64,000 nt of DNA from Candidatus Latescibacterota bacterium (GTDB lineage Bacteria > Latescibacterota > UBA2968 > GCA-2709665). Numbering within the stretch: the stretch's first letter is position 1; the number at the start of each line of letters is the position of its first letter. The position numbers and the translations under genes were made by a program. Below are positions 48,282-57,992 of the stretch, one piece after another. The stretch is from positions 4,128,001 through 4,192,000 of the forward strand of contig OZ242180.1 of NCBI GenBank assembly GCA_965205485.1, given 5' to 3'. Below the pieces are notes generated by a model. It had not been told where the DNA came from. It saw only the letters and a program-made list of their open reading frames with translations, and did not search any database.

Positions 48282-49349
48282 TTACGAATCATTGGCCGTC
48301 TCACGCTGGACGGCCGCTCCCGTTCCGTCGCCCGTATCGCAGATCTGACGCCAGGTTTCGTCATCCACGAATACGCCGTCTTTCTCACGTTTTCGTCGAA
48401 GCCGGAATTCGATTTCACCTGGCAGGTGGATGCGGTCGAACCCCGGCATCAGCCTTGAATCCTTCAAATAGCCGACGAAGCCGTCCACTTCGTCCCGGAA
48501 TCGCTCCGGCGGCGTAAACGCCTGGATATCGATCGCCATCAGAAACACGCCGTTTCCACCGGACGGCGCTCCGGCGCGGCTGCATCCGCCGCCGCCCAGG
48601 GCGCCGGACAGAATGTCGATGACGACAGCGAGCGCATAACCCTTGTGCGCCGCAATCCCGCCGAACGGCAGAATCGCCCCTCGCGGCGGACCGTAGAAGT
48701 CTTCAGGCCGTTCCACGGTTCTGCCCTGCGCGTCTATCGCCCAATCCTTCGGCAGGGGCTCGCCACGGTTGCGCTTCACGCGGATCTTGCCTTCAGCAAC
48801 CACGCTGGTTGTCATATCCACGACGATCGGAAAGTCTCCACCCGTAGGAACGCCCACGGCGACGGGATTTGGCGACATCCGCGCGTCGATCCCGCCGAAT
48901 GGCGAAAGCAGGCGGCCGCCACCGTGGTTGTTGCACATGACAACACCGACCATGCCGCTTTCAGCAGCCTGCTCCACGTATTCCCCAAGGCGACCGATAT
49001 GGCTGCTGTTGAACAGCTCCACCGCGGCGACGGATCTTTCCCGTGCCTTTCGGATTGCCAGTTCCATGGCCTGCGCGCAGACGGTCTGCCCGAAGCCCCA
49101 CCGCCCGTCGACCACCGCCGATGCGTCCGCCTCGCGGACAACGCGAATGTCGCGTCCGCCCTTTACGATGCCGTCCTCCAGCGCCTGCACGTACTGGGGA
49201 AGCCTGATCACGCCATGGGAATCGTGCCCCATGAGATTCGAGAGAACGAGCGAACGGGAGATCCTGTGCGCCTCCGCGCCGGATAACCCCGCCCCTTTCA
49301 TAATTCTTGCACAGACCTGTTCGAGCGATTCAACGTCTATGACCGGCAT
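48282..49349 (-). CDS. Ldh_2 family (malate/lactate/ureidoglycolate) dehydrogenase
   Basis: GHDSHG, HIGRLG, DMTTS..AEGK, HKGY.LA, LPGE. Confidence 0.92.
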   Translation of the reverse strand: MPVIDVESLEQVCARIMKGAGLSGAEAHRISRSLVLSNLMGHDSHGVIRLPQYVQALEDGIVKGGRDIRVVREADASAVVDGRWGFGQTVCAQAMELAIRKARERSVAAVELFNSSHIGRLGEYVEQAAESGMVGVVMCNNHGGGRLLSPFGGIDARMSPNPVAVGVPTGGDFPIVVDMTTSVVAEGKIRVKRNRGEPLPKDWAIDAQGRTVERPEDFYGPPRGAILPFGGIAAHKGYALAVVIDILSGALGGGGCSRAGAPSGGNGVFLMAIDIQAFTPPERFRDEVDGFVGYLKDSRLMPGFDRIHLPGEIEFRLRRKREKDGVFVDDETWRQICDTGDGTGAAVQRETANDS

Positions 49350-49407
49350 GGCCTCTCCAATGCAACCCGGGCGGGCCCCCCGGGCGTCCTTCGCATCCGG
49401 ATTGTCC

Positions 49408-49797
49408 TCATACCATTGGATCCTTCCGCTTCAGGACCTGGATGGCGACACCCCACGGGTCGCGCAACATCGCCAGCTGGTCGCCAACATCCGTCGCATA
49501 CACGTCGTCAACGACCGACGCCCCCGCGGCAATCAGCCGGTCGCGTTCACGTTCGATGTCATCCGTGTAGAACGCGAAATGGAGAACCGAAACATGCATC
49601 GAAGCGTAGTCGGGGGTCTTCAGCGTATCCTTTTCGTAGATTTCAAACATGGTTTTACCGGAGGCGTCTCTGAGAAAGGTCATGTGAGAAGGTGGACCCC
49701 CGTAACGGACCACTTCCATGCCCAGATGCTCGCACCACCAATCGGCTACGGCCTTTGCATCCTCAACGAGAAATGCCGTATGCTCAAAGTTCAACAT
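49408..49797 (-). CDS. VOC (glyoxalase) family protein
   Basis: EHTAFLV, FEIY, HFAF, RDPWG. Confidence 0.85.
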   Translation of the reverse strand: MLNFEHTAFLVEDAKAVADWWCEHLGMEVVRYGGPPSHMTFLRDASGKTMFEIYEKDTLKTPDYASMHVSVLHFAFYTDDIERERDRLIAAGASVVDDVYATDVGDQLAMLRDPWGVAIQVLKRKDPMV

Positions 49798-49947
49798 GAC
49801 CGGAATCTCCTCTCCTGTTGATGTAGCGCGTCCCGCCGGCGCGCGACTTACCGCGAGTTCGCAATCTGACGAAACTGACTAAAATAGGGTCTTTCGGGCG
49901 ACCGGGCAAGTGATATCGAGGCTTCGGGGTGCCTCCCTCCGCTATAA

Positions 49948-50046
49948 CAGTCCGTTGATAAAGTCGCTCTGCAGGCGAGGCCGAGCAACGCAGTATTTCG
50001 ACCGCAAGGGCCGGCCGTAGCCCGGATGGGCTTTTTCAACGGGCTG
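49948..50046. mobile_element. 99-bp MITE with 18-bp terminal inverted repeats and an ATAA target-site duplication
   Basis: TIRs CAGTCCGTTGATAAAGTC and (reverse complement) CAGCCCGTTGAAAAAGCC, 15/18 identical; ATAA at 49944-49947 and 50047-50050. Confidence 0.7.
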
Positions 50047-51058
50047 ATAACCCCCTGCGCTCAAGGGGAATCGGGAGATCCACCCTGGCATTTCCCAGCC
50101 GTTGCGATTCCAGGAATCCAACCAGGATCTCAACGACCCGGTGCGCGTCCTTTGCAGGCGAAACCGGCTGGCCGCCTTCATTGACCAGGCGCACCAGTTC
50201 CCGGACTCCGGCGGGAATGCCGCTGACGGGCCAATCGGGCGCATGGATCGATTCCCGTTCGTTGCCGCGAACGAGCAGGGCGTTGTCGCGGCCGATCTCG
50301 ACGTACCCTGTTGTGCCCACGATTTCGCAATTGAACTTCGGGCCCGCGGAGACTTTTGATCCGCCCGCGAAAAACCCCCTCACGCCATTGGCGAAATGGA
50401 CGTATCCGCTTGCCGACGGCTCGGTAGCGGGGTCGTGGCCGCCATCGCCCCTGTACTCCGTGTAGTCCTCATAGCCTGCTTCCAGCTCCGCGAACACCCA
50501 ATCCGGCTCGGAATCCGCAAAGTAACAGATCGAATCCACCAGGTGGGTACCGTTTCTGAACAGCATCGAACGCCGTCCGTTCAGCGCCCCCACGATGTAC
50601 TGTACGGCTCCGATTTCTCCACCGTCGACAATCTGCTCCTTGATATGGCGCCATAACGGCTGGAAGCGCCTCGTGTGATCGACGGAGAGAATTGCGCCGT
50701 TGCGTTCAGCGGCGTCCACCATCCGGTCCGCGTCCGCCAGATTGGTCGCAAGGGGCTTTTCGCAAAAGATCCCCCTGACGCCCGCGGTGGCCGCATCCAC
50801 GACCAGGTCCGCGTGCCGGTGGTCGGACGTGGCCACGGTTACAATGTCAAGGTCCTCTCTTGCCAGCATTTCACGGTGATCCGGGTAGGGTTTGAGATCC
50901 GGCCATTCGGATTGCCACCGGTCCCTGAATTCGTTCAGTGTCGACTCCTCCAGGTCGCACGCCGCCGCCAGGGTGGCATTCCCCAGACCCAGAATGCCCG
51001 ATGCATGTTGTACGCCAATGCCACTGCATCCGATCACGCCCACGCGGTACGTAGCCAT
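50036..51058 (-). CDS. Gfo/Idh/MocA family oxidoreductase
   Basis: VGVIGCSGIG, CEKPLA, VDHTRRF, NGTHLVD. Confidence 0.92.
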   Translation of the reverse strand: MATYRVGVIGCSGIGVQHASGILGLGNATLAAACDLEESTLNEFRDRWQSEWPDLKPYPDHREMLAREDLDIVTVATSDHRHADLVVDAATAGVRGIFCEKPLATNLADADRMVDAAERNGAILSVDHTRRFQPLWRHIKEQIVDGGEIGAVQYIVGALNGRRSMLFRNGTHLVDSICYFADSEPDWVFAELEAGYEDYTEYRGDGGHDPATEPSASGYVHFANGVRGFFAGGSKVSAGPKFNCEIVGTTGYVEIGRDNALLVRGNERESIHAPDWPVSGIPAGVRELVRLVNEGGQPVSPAKDAHRVVEILVGFLESQRLGNARVDLPIPLERRGLSAR

Positions 51059-51813
51059 CAGTCGCCCCTTTCCTGTGATGCGTAGTCTCCACTCAGGTAT
51101 CGAAGGGTTTCCGCCATGCCCCCGTCCACGGCCGCCCGGCAGAACCGCATCCGCCGGTCTTCATCCAGAAACGGCGCGGCGGTCGCGACGTTCCGCTCCC
51201 AGGTGCGCCGCGCCTCGTCTTCCGGTGTGTCGCAGCGCCGTAACCTGAGAAATATGCGCTCCAGTTCCCAGGGGTCGTCCTCGAGCGCCCAGGGCTTGAC
51301 CAGATCGAGGTATTCGCCCACAACCCTGCAGTCGATAAAGCCAACGCTGTCGTCGCGTCCGAAACGGTGGACCTCGGTCAAGTAACGGGCATTGCCGATG
51401 CTGAATCCGTCCACCATGGACCACAGACCCATTACAATCGGTCGCCAGTCTTCGATGCCGTAGACGTGGACGGTGACTTCGTCCCGGAACGCCTCGTCCG
51501 CCGTCAGGTGAGAAATGTACCCGAGCATTACGGCGACATCCGCACCGGAAAGCCGTCCCGGGTCGGCCAGGTCGGGGTGGGCGCCGAACAGCCCCGAAAC
51601 CGACCGCCCCCACGTCTCACGGCGGTCGTCTGAATAGAAATGCGTGGCGAATTTACCCCTATTGCCCACAAAACGCAGTCCGTCCGGCGCGCACGTGCCG
51701 GCAAGCAGGTCGGGCGTGTGCGCATCCGCGAACGCCGCCGCCTCGGGACATTCATCCCGGAATCGTTCGTGCAGTGCTGCCATCAATGCAAAATGACATC
51801 GGCCTCTTGGCAT
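51058..51813 (-). CDS. Zinc-dependent phospholipase C/S1-P1 fold-like protein
   Basis: MP...H at the N-terminus, G..APD, THF, GYISHL.AD; no signal peptide. Confidence 0.65.
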   Translation of the reverse strand: MPRGRCHFALMAALHERFRDECPEAAAFADAHTPDLLAGTCAPDGLRFVGNRGKFATHFYSDDRRETWGRSVSGLFGAHPDLADPGRLSGADVAVMLGYISHLTADEAFRDEVTVHVYGIEDWRPIVMGLWSMVDGFSIGNARYLTEVHRFGRDDSVGFIDCRVVGEYLDLVKPWALEDDPWELERIFLRLRRCDTPEDEARRTWERNVATAAPFLDEDRRMRFCRAAVDGGMAETLRYLSGDYASQERGD

Positions 51814-51988
51814 CGGGTATTTCCGCGGCTTGCGAAATATGACGTCGACTCCGGTATAAATCCTCTCAAATCTAAGGGAAGTGCCCCGTCCGGTCAAGAT
51901 TGAACGGGCGCACCCTCGTCCTCCGGCTCGTGTCCGGATTTCGTACGACGCCGCACGCCGGAAAAGCCCCCGTTATCTGTTTTTTGAG

Positions 51989-52017
51989 TTGACGCGCGTC
52001 AGAGGAACGTCTAAGTT
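51989..52017 (+). promoter_or_regulatory. sigma70 promoter for the second hydantoinase pair
   Basis: TTGACG-N17-TAAGTT. Confidence 0.5.
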
Positions 52018-52066
52018 CTGACTGTCGTCCAACATCCAACTCTCGACGCTTCTCCCGGATGTAGCC

Positions 52067-54163
52067 ATGTCCAGATTCATCGGGGTCGACATAGGGGGCA
52101 CCTTTACGGACATCCTGGTTCTGGATGATTCAGCGCCGTCCCTGGACGTCAGGAAAGTACCAACGACCCCTGGCGATCCATCGCAGGGATTGATCGACGG
52201 GATCGACGCGCTCGGGCACGCGGACCGGGGAATCGAACTCGTTATCCACGGTACCACCGTGGCAACGAACGCCGTTCTCGAACGCAAGGGCGGACGATGC
52301 GGACTGATCGCCACCCGGGGGTTCCGGGATATCCTCGAGCTCCGGCGGCGCGACCGCCCTCATCTCTACGGGCTTACCGGAACCTATGAACCCCTGGTTC
52401 CGCGCGACCGCCGCCTGGAAGTCGCCGAGCGTATCTCGGCCGAGGGCGAAGTGCTTGTCCCGCTTGACGAAGACGCTGTCGTCTCGTGCGCGGAGAAGCT
52501 CGCGGCGGAACGCGTCGATGCCATCGTCGTCTCGTTCATGAACGCGTACGCCAATCCGATCCACGAACGCAAGGCAAAATCACTTATCGAGAATCGCTTC
52601 CCGGGAATCTACGTTGTCGCTTCCGCGGAGGTCCTTCCTCTGATTCGTGAATTCGAGCGAACCAGCACGGCCGTCGTGAACGCGTACGTCCAACCCGTTG
52701 TCAGCCGGTATCTGGCCAACCTGGAACGCAGCCTGAAGCGCAGGGGATACCGCGCAAATCTGCTGGTCATGCAATCCAACGGAGGCATGATACCTGCCGA
52801 CGAGGCAGGCAGATACGCCGTTCAGACCGTATTGTCCGGGCCGGCGGCGGGCGTAATCGCGGCGACGGCGATCGCCGCGGAAAACGAAGTTCGAAGTCTC
52901 ATTGCCTACGATATGGGCGGGACGAGTCTGGACGTCTCTCTGGTCACGGATGGCATTCCGGTGCAGGCTCACGGAACAGAGCTCGATTTCGGCATCCCGG
53001 TCCTGCTATCCATGATCGACATCCAGACCGTTGGCGCCGGCGGCGGCAGCATCGCGCGCATCGACGAAGGCGGCATCCTCAAGGTCGGCCCGGAGAGCGC
53101 CGGCGCGGACCCGGGTCCGGCGGGGTACGGACGAGGCGGGCATCTGCCGACGCTTACCGATGCGAATCTTTCGCTGGGTCGAATCAACCCGGAATACCCC
53201 ATCGGAGGACGGGCGGGATTCTCCTTTGACCTGCCGAAGGCCAGGGTTGCGCTGGAGAAGCACGTCGCCGTTCCGCTCGGACTTTCAGCCGCGGAAGCCG
53301 GGCACGCTGTCGTCGCCGTATCCAATAACCGTATTGCGGGCAGCCTGCGCCGGATTTCTATCGACCGCGGCCGGGACCCCGTTGACTTCACCCTCTTCGC
53401 CTTTGGCGGTAGCGGACCTCTCATGGTGGGGTTTCTGATGAATGAACTCGGTATCCCCAGGGGTCTCGTCCCGTATCAACCCGGTATCGCATCCGCCTGG
53501 GGCTGCGCGATCGCGGACGTGAAACGCGACTACGTGACGATGGTCAATCGCCGCCTCGACGAACTGGACGCGACTGAAATCCGGCGTATCTTCGACGACG
53601 ACCGGTCGCGCGGAAATGCGTTCCTCAGGCAGGTCGACGTCCCTCTCGGCCATATCCATCTGCTCCGCGAAGCTGACATCGCGTACGAAGGTCAGACCCA
53701 CGTCATCCGTACTCCGTTGACGGATGACGACACCAGCCCTGAAGGCATCGCGACGCGGTTCAGAGCGTCGTACCTTCGGCGTTACGGAAGCGCTCATCGC
53801 GGTTTCGGCGGCCTGGATGCACTGCTCGACGGTATTCCCGTTCGATTGCTGAACCTGCGGACCACCATTATCGGGGTGAGAAAACACCGTCCTTTGAGCT
53901 CATTGCTGGCCCCGCCGGAAACAACGCTGGATCAGGCGTTCAAAGGCCGCCGGGACGTTTGGATCGACGACGCGTTCGTTCCGTGTCCGACTTACGAGCG
54001 ATCCAGAATCCCCTGGGGTTCGGAAGTCTCCGGGCCGGCCGTCATCGAACAGTCCGATACGACCGTCTGGCTGGACCCTTTCCTCCGCGCCAGCGTTTTG
54101 GACGGCGGCACCTTCCTGGTCGAGTCAACCCGACGGGCGAACAGAGGCCGCGCCGAAGTCTGA
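52067..54163 (+). CDS. Hydantoinase A/oxoprolinase family protein
   Basis: DIGGTFTD, HGTTVATN, SGPAAG, DMGGTS, GPESAGADPGP. Confidence 0.93.
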   Translation: MSRFIGVDIGGTFTDILVLDDSAPSLDVRKVPTTPGDPSQGLIDGIDALGHADRGIELVIHGTTVATNAVLERKGGRCGLIATRGFRDILELRRRDRPHLYGLTGTYEPLVPRDRRLEVAERISAEGEVLVPLDEDAVVSCAEKLAAERVDAIVVSFMNAYANPIHERKAKSLIENRFPGIYVVASAEVLPLIREFERTSTAVVNAYVQPVVSRYLANLERSLKRRGYRANLLVMQSNGGMIPADEAGRYAVQTVLSGPAAGVIAATAIAAENEVRSLIAYDMGGTSLDVSLVTDGIPVQAHGTELDFGIPVLLSMIDIQTVGAGGGSIARIDEGGILKVGPESAGADPGPAGYGRGGHLPTLTDANLSLGRINPEYPIGGRAGFSFDLPKARVALEKHVAVPLGLSAAEAGHAVVAVSNNRIAGSLRRISIDRGRDPVDFTLFAFGGSGPLMVGFLMNELGIPRGLVPYQPGIASAWGCAIADVKRDYVTMVNRRLDELDATEIRRIFDDDRSRGNAFLRQVDVPLGHIHLLREADIAYEGQTHVIRTPLTDDDTSPEGIATRFRASYLRRYGSAHRGFGGLDALLDGIPVRLLNLRTTIIGVRKHRPLSSLLAPPETTLDQAFKGRRDVWIDDAFVPCPTYERSRIPWGSEVSGPAVIEQSDTTVWLDPFLRASVLDGGTFLVESTRRANRGRAEV

Positions 54164-54201
54164 GGGGAGAAGATTCATCCGCAACGAGGGGCAATTTCGC
54201 A

Positions 54202-55926
54202 ATGGATCCGATCATTCTGGCCGTTATCCGCGGCAGCCTGGAGCAGATCGCCGACGAGATGGATGCCACGCTCGAACGCATGGCTTTTTCTCCGGTGATT
54301 TCCGACGGATTCGACCGGGCCAGTGGCATCTATGCCGCAAACGACGGAGCGGTCATCGTTCAGGGGCCTCGCGGCCTGCCCAATTTTATCTGCGTGATGC
54401 AACACACCGTGCATTCAACCATCGCCCATTTCGATGAGCCCGCCGAGGGCGACATATATATCGTCAACGACCCCTACCTGGGCGGCACGCACCTGATGGA
54501 CGTAAAGCTGATCAGACCATTCTTCTATGGAAACAGGCTCGCGTTTTACCTGGCCAACAGCGGGCACTGGCCTGACATCGGCGGCCGGGTTCCAGGCGGG
54601 TTCTCTTCGAAGGCCACAGAGGTATTTCAGGAAGGATTGCGGCTGCCTCCGCTCAAGCTCATGGACGAGGGCAGGCTCAATCAGGAAGTGGTCGACGTCA
54701 TCCTGCACAACGTTCGCGTACCCGGCGAACGACAGGGGGACATCATCGCTCAGGTGGCATCGCTGAACCTCGGCGCCGATCGGCTGACGGCATTATTGGA
54801 CCGTTACGGCGAAGCGACCGTATTCGAGGTCGTCAGCGAACTGGAGCACCGTTCCGAGAAGATGATGCGGAAACACATTGCCGCCATTCCGGATGGTCGT
54901 TACGCCTTTGACGAATACATGGACAGCGACGGCGTGGATTGGAAGCCGTTGCATATCCGTCTCGAAATGACAGTTGACGGCGACAGCGTTCACATCGACC
55001 TCTCGGACAGCAGCCCGGCGTGCCGCGGTCCTCTCAACAGCGTATTGAGTACGACAATGGCAGGCGTTTTCATCGCGTTCAAGCACTTCTTCCCGGATGT
55101 ACCCATCAACAGAGGCTGTTTCAAACCCTTTTCCTTCAATATTCCGTCCACCACCTTTCTGCACGCCCTGCCGCCGCGTCCCGTGTCCGGCTGCGCGGCG
55201 GAAGTCTGTCAGCGAATGATCGACGCGGTACTGGGCGCAATGAGCCAGGCCGTACCGGACCGCTGCTACGCCGGTCCCATGGGAACCGTCACCAATCTCT
55301 CCGTGGGCGGCGACGATCCGGAAGGGGGATATTTCGTATTCTATTCCTTTATTGGCGGAGGCTACGGCGGAAACTACCGGACGGACGGGCTCACCAACGG
55401 CAATCCCACCATCGCCGTCGCCCGCACGCAGGCGTTGGAGATCTTCGAATCCCGGTACCCCGTACTCTTCGAATCCTACGCCCTCCGCGAGGACTCCGGC
55501 GGGCCCGGGCGCCGCAGGGGCGGATTCGGCGTGGTACTCGAATTCGTGCTCAGACGCGGCGAGGCCAGCGCCTCCCTTCTCGGAGACCGGGGTCGGTTCC
55601 GTCCCTTCGGCGTACTCGGCGGCAAGCCGGGCAGGAATGCCGAACATACGTTTACGCTGCGCGGCAAACCTTACCGCCCACCCCACATCACGAAGGACGA
55701 GGGCATCCATATGATCGAAGGCGACCGCCTGCGGCTCGAAACCCCGGGCGGCGGCGGATACGGTGCTCCCATCCTGCGATCGGCGGAAGCCGTCCTGGAA
55801 GACGTAAGGCGGGGCTATTATCCGAGTGAGGTCGCGGAAGCGGAGTACGGCGTTGTAATCAGGCCCTGCACGCTTGAAATTGACGGCCCTGCGACAAACA
55901 GGCTGCGGAACTCACGAGCGGATTGA
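54202..55926 (+). CDS. Hydantoinase B/oxoprolinase family protein
   Basis: NDPYLGGTHLMD, HWPDIGG, QEGLRLPP, DSGGPGRRRGG, TPGGGGYG. Confidence 0.93.
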   Translation: MDPIILAVIRGSLEQIADEMDATLERMAFSPVISDGFDRASGIYAANDGAVIVQGPRGLPNFICVMQHTVHSTIAHFDEPAEGDIYIVNDPYLGGTHLMDVKLIRPFFYGNRLAFYLANSGHWPDIGGRVPGGFSSKATEVFQEGLRLPPLKLMDEGRLNQEVVDVILHNVRVPGERQGDIIAQVASLNLGADRLTALLDRYGEATVFEVVSELEHRSEKMMRKHIAAIPDGRYAFDEYMDSDGVDWKPLHIRLEMTVDGDSVHIDLSDSSPACRGPLNSVLSTTMAGVFIAFKHFFPDVPINRGCFKPFSFNIPSTTFLHALPPRPVSGCAAEVCQRMIDAVLGAMSQAVPDRCYAGPMGTVTNLSVGGDDPEGGYFVFYSFIGGGYGGNYRTDGLTNGNPTIAVARTQALEIFESRYPVLFESYALREDSGGPGRRRGGFGVVLEFVLRRGEASASLLGDRGRFRPFGVLGGKPGRNAEHTFTLRGKPYRPPHITKDEGIHMIEGDRLRLETPGGGGYGAPILRSAEAVLEDVRRGYYPSEVAEAEYGVVIRPCTLEIDGPATNRLRNSRAD

Positions 55927-55973
55927 TCCGTATCGTCCGGCGTATTGCATCGTCAACGCGGCGGGTTTTCCGG

Positions 55974-56744
55974 TTACATTGTACGCGCCAGCAGTCCGCC
56001 ATCCACGACGAGCGACGTGCCGGTGATAAACGACGCCTCGTCGGAAGCCAGGAAGAGTACGGCGGACGCGATGTCGGCCGGCGTGCCAACCCGTTTCGCC
56101 GGCACCATTTCGGCCAACCTGCGCCGTTCATCGGCGGAGACTTCAACCCGGTCCCAGAGCGGCGTCTGAATTGCGCCGGGAAGCACGGCATTTACGCGGA
56201 TTGAGGGCCCGTAATCCAGCGCCAGGACCCGTGTAATGCCCAGCACGCCGGCCTTGGCGGCATCGTAGGCGGTGTTGGTCTCGAACCCGACCAGCGAGTG
56301 CACCGAACCCGTGTTGACGATCGACCCGCCACCGGTCTTCAACATTGCCGGTATCGCGTACTTGGCGGCCAGGTAGATCGCTTTCAGCCCCGTGTTCAAC
56401 GTCCTGTCCCACACGGATTCTTCCAGTTCCGTGGCCGGCGCATTGCGATACCAGATCGCGTTGTTGTGGAGAATATCCAGCCTGCCGAACGCTTCCACCG
56501 TCCGCGCGACCATCCGGCGCACCTGCCGTGCCTCACTCACGTCGGCTTCGACAAAAACCGCCTCTCCACCGTTGGCTTCAATGCTGTCCACGGTCTGCAA
56601 ACCGCCCGTCACGTCGACGTCCGCCACGGCTACGCGGGCGCCTTCCGCAGCCAGAAGGGTCGCCGTACTCTCGCCGATTCCCGATGCCGCTCCCGTTACA
56701 ATGGCGCCCTGACCCGCGACGCGTCCCGATATGTGATCTCCCAT
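55974..56744 (-). CDS. Short-chain dehydrogenase/reductase
   Basis: TGAASGIG, HNNA, YDAAK, VDGG. Confidence 0.93.
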   Translation of the reverse strand: MGDHISGRVAGQGAIVTGAASGIGESTATLLAAEGARVAVADVDVTGGLQTVDSIEANGGEAVFVEADVSEARQVRRMVARTVEAFGRLDILHNNAIWYRNAPATELEESVWDRTLNTGLKAIYLAAKYAIPAMLKTGGGSIVNTGSVHSLVGFETNTAYDAAKAGVLGITRVLALDYGPSIRVNAVLPGAIQTPLWDRVEVSADERRRLAEMVPAKRVGTPADIASAVLFLASDEASFITGTSLVVDGGLLARTM

Positions 56745-57007
56745 TGCGTACCTCCCTTGTGGTAGTCTTACCATACCTCACTTGCCGAAGTATTCACGAA
56801 TTATCCGCAGCTCCGCCCGGAAATGCCTATCTTTAGGTGGAGACGAACGCATACCTGCCCCCGGGTGTCGAACGAAGACATTCACTGCGAAGCAGGTTTT
56901 TGCCCGCAGCGGGGCGAAAGAACAGTTGAACGGGCGGAAACGCCCGGGGCTGCCGGATGACTCGGACCCGTCGACGTGGTCCGGCGCCGATAGACAGGAT
57001 GAAACCC

Positions 57008-57778
57008 ATGGCGCCAGTCGCACTCGTAACGGGTTCGAGCCGGGGGATCGGCCGGGCTATCGCAATTTGTCTGGCCGACGCCGGTTATGACATCGTCGTC
57101 AATTACGAAAAAAACCGTGATGCCGCGAAGCAGACTGCCGGCGAGATCCGAAAGAGAAATCGCCGGCCGCGCATCTGCGGCGCGTCTGTCGCGGTTCGCG
57201 AGGACAGCCGGCGTCTGGTCGAGTTTACGATGGAAGCGTTCGGCCGTATCGACCTGCTCGTGAACAACGCCGGCATCGCCCCGCGCGCCCGTGCGGATAT
57301 CCTCGAAACGACGCCCGAAAGTTACGATGAAGTTCTGGACACCAACCTCAAGGGCCCCTACTTCCTGACCCAGCTTGCAGCCACGCAAATGATTCAACTC
57401 ACCAGAAACGGGATCGTGCCGAAGGCCAGAATCGTCAACATCACGTCGATCTCAGCCTTCGCGGGCTCCACGTCCAGGGGCGAATATTGCGTCTCCAAGG
57501 CGGGCCTCAGCATGATGACAATGCTCTTCGCGGTCAGATTGGCGGAACACGGAATCACCGTCAACGAAATCCAGCCCGGCATCATCAGAACGGATATGAC
57601 GGGCCCGGTCAGGAAGAATTACGACCGGCGGATCGCGAAAGGCCTTACGCCCATTCGGCGCTGGGGCCTGCCCGACGACGTTGGGAAAGCCGTAGCCGCC
57701 GTGGCTCTGGGTTATTTCGATTTTACAACAGGCGCGGCGATCCCGGTCGACGGCGGCTTTCACCTGCGGCGCCTCTGA
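57008..57778 (+). CDS. Short-chain dehydrogenase/reductase (3-ketoacyl-ACP reductase-like)
   Basis: TGSSRGIG, NNAG, YCVSK, VDGG. Confidence 0.93.
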   Translation: MAPVALVTGSSRGIGRAIAICLADAGYDIVVNYEKNRDAAKQTAGEIRKRNRRPRICGASVAVREDSRRLVEFTMEAFGRIDLLVNNAGIAPRARADILETTPESYDEVLDTNLKGPYFLTQLAATQMIQLTRNGIVPKARIVNITSISAFAGSTSRGEYCVSKAGLSMMTMLFAVRLAEHGITVNEIQPGIIRTDMTGPVRKNYDRRIAKGLTPIRRWGLPDDVGKAVAAVALGYFDFTTGAAIPVDGGFHLRRL

Positions 57779-57810
57779 TTCCTGGAAAACATCTGTTCTC
57801 GACCGGGAAA

Positions 57811-57839
57811 TTGACTTATCGGCAGTCCGTCGTTATATT
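57811..57839 (+). promoter_or_regulatory. Near-consensus sigma70 promoter for the Cys-rich ORF
   Basis: TTGACT-N17-TATATT. Confidence 0.65.
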
Positions 57840-57992
57840 TTAACCGACCTGTCAACGTCGGGTCTTGTGTTTTTTGAAAAGCCGCTTCGCAGGCAACAAA
57901 CGCGGGATCAGGGCCCGTTTCAGCGGTATTCAGCGTTCGTCTATCCGCCTGCGAGTTCAAGTGACGCGGGCTTTAAATTCGGGTGAGGCCTT

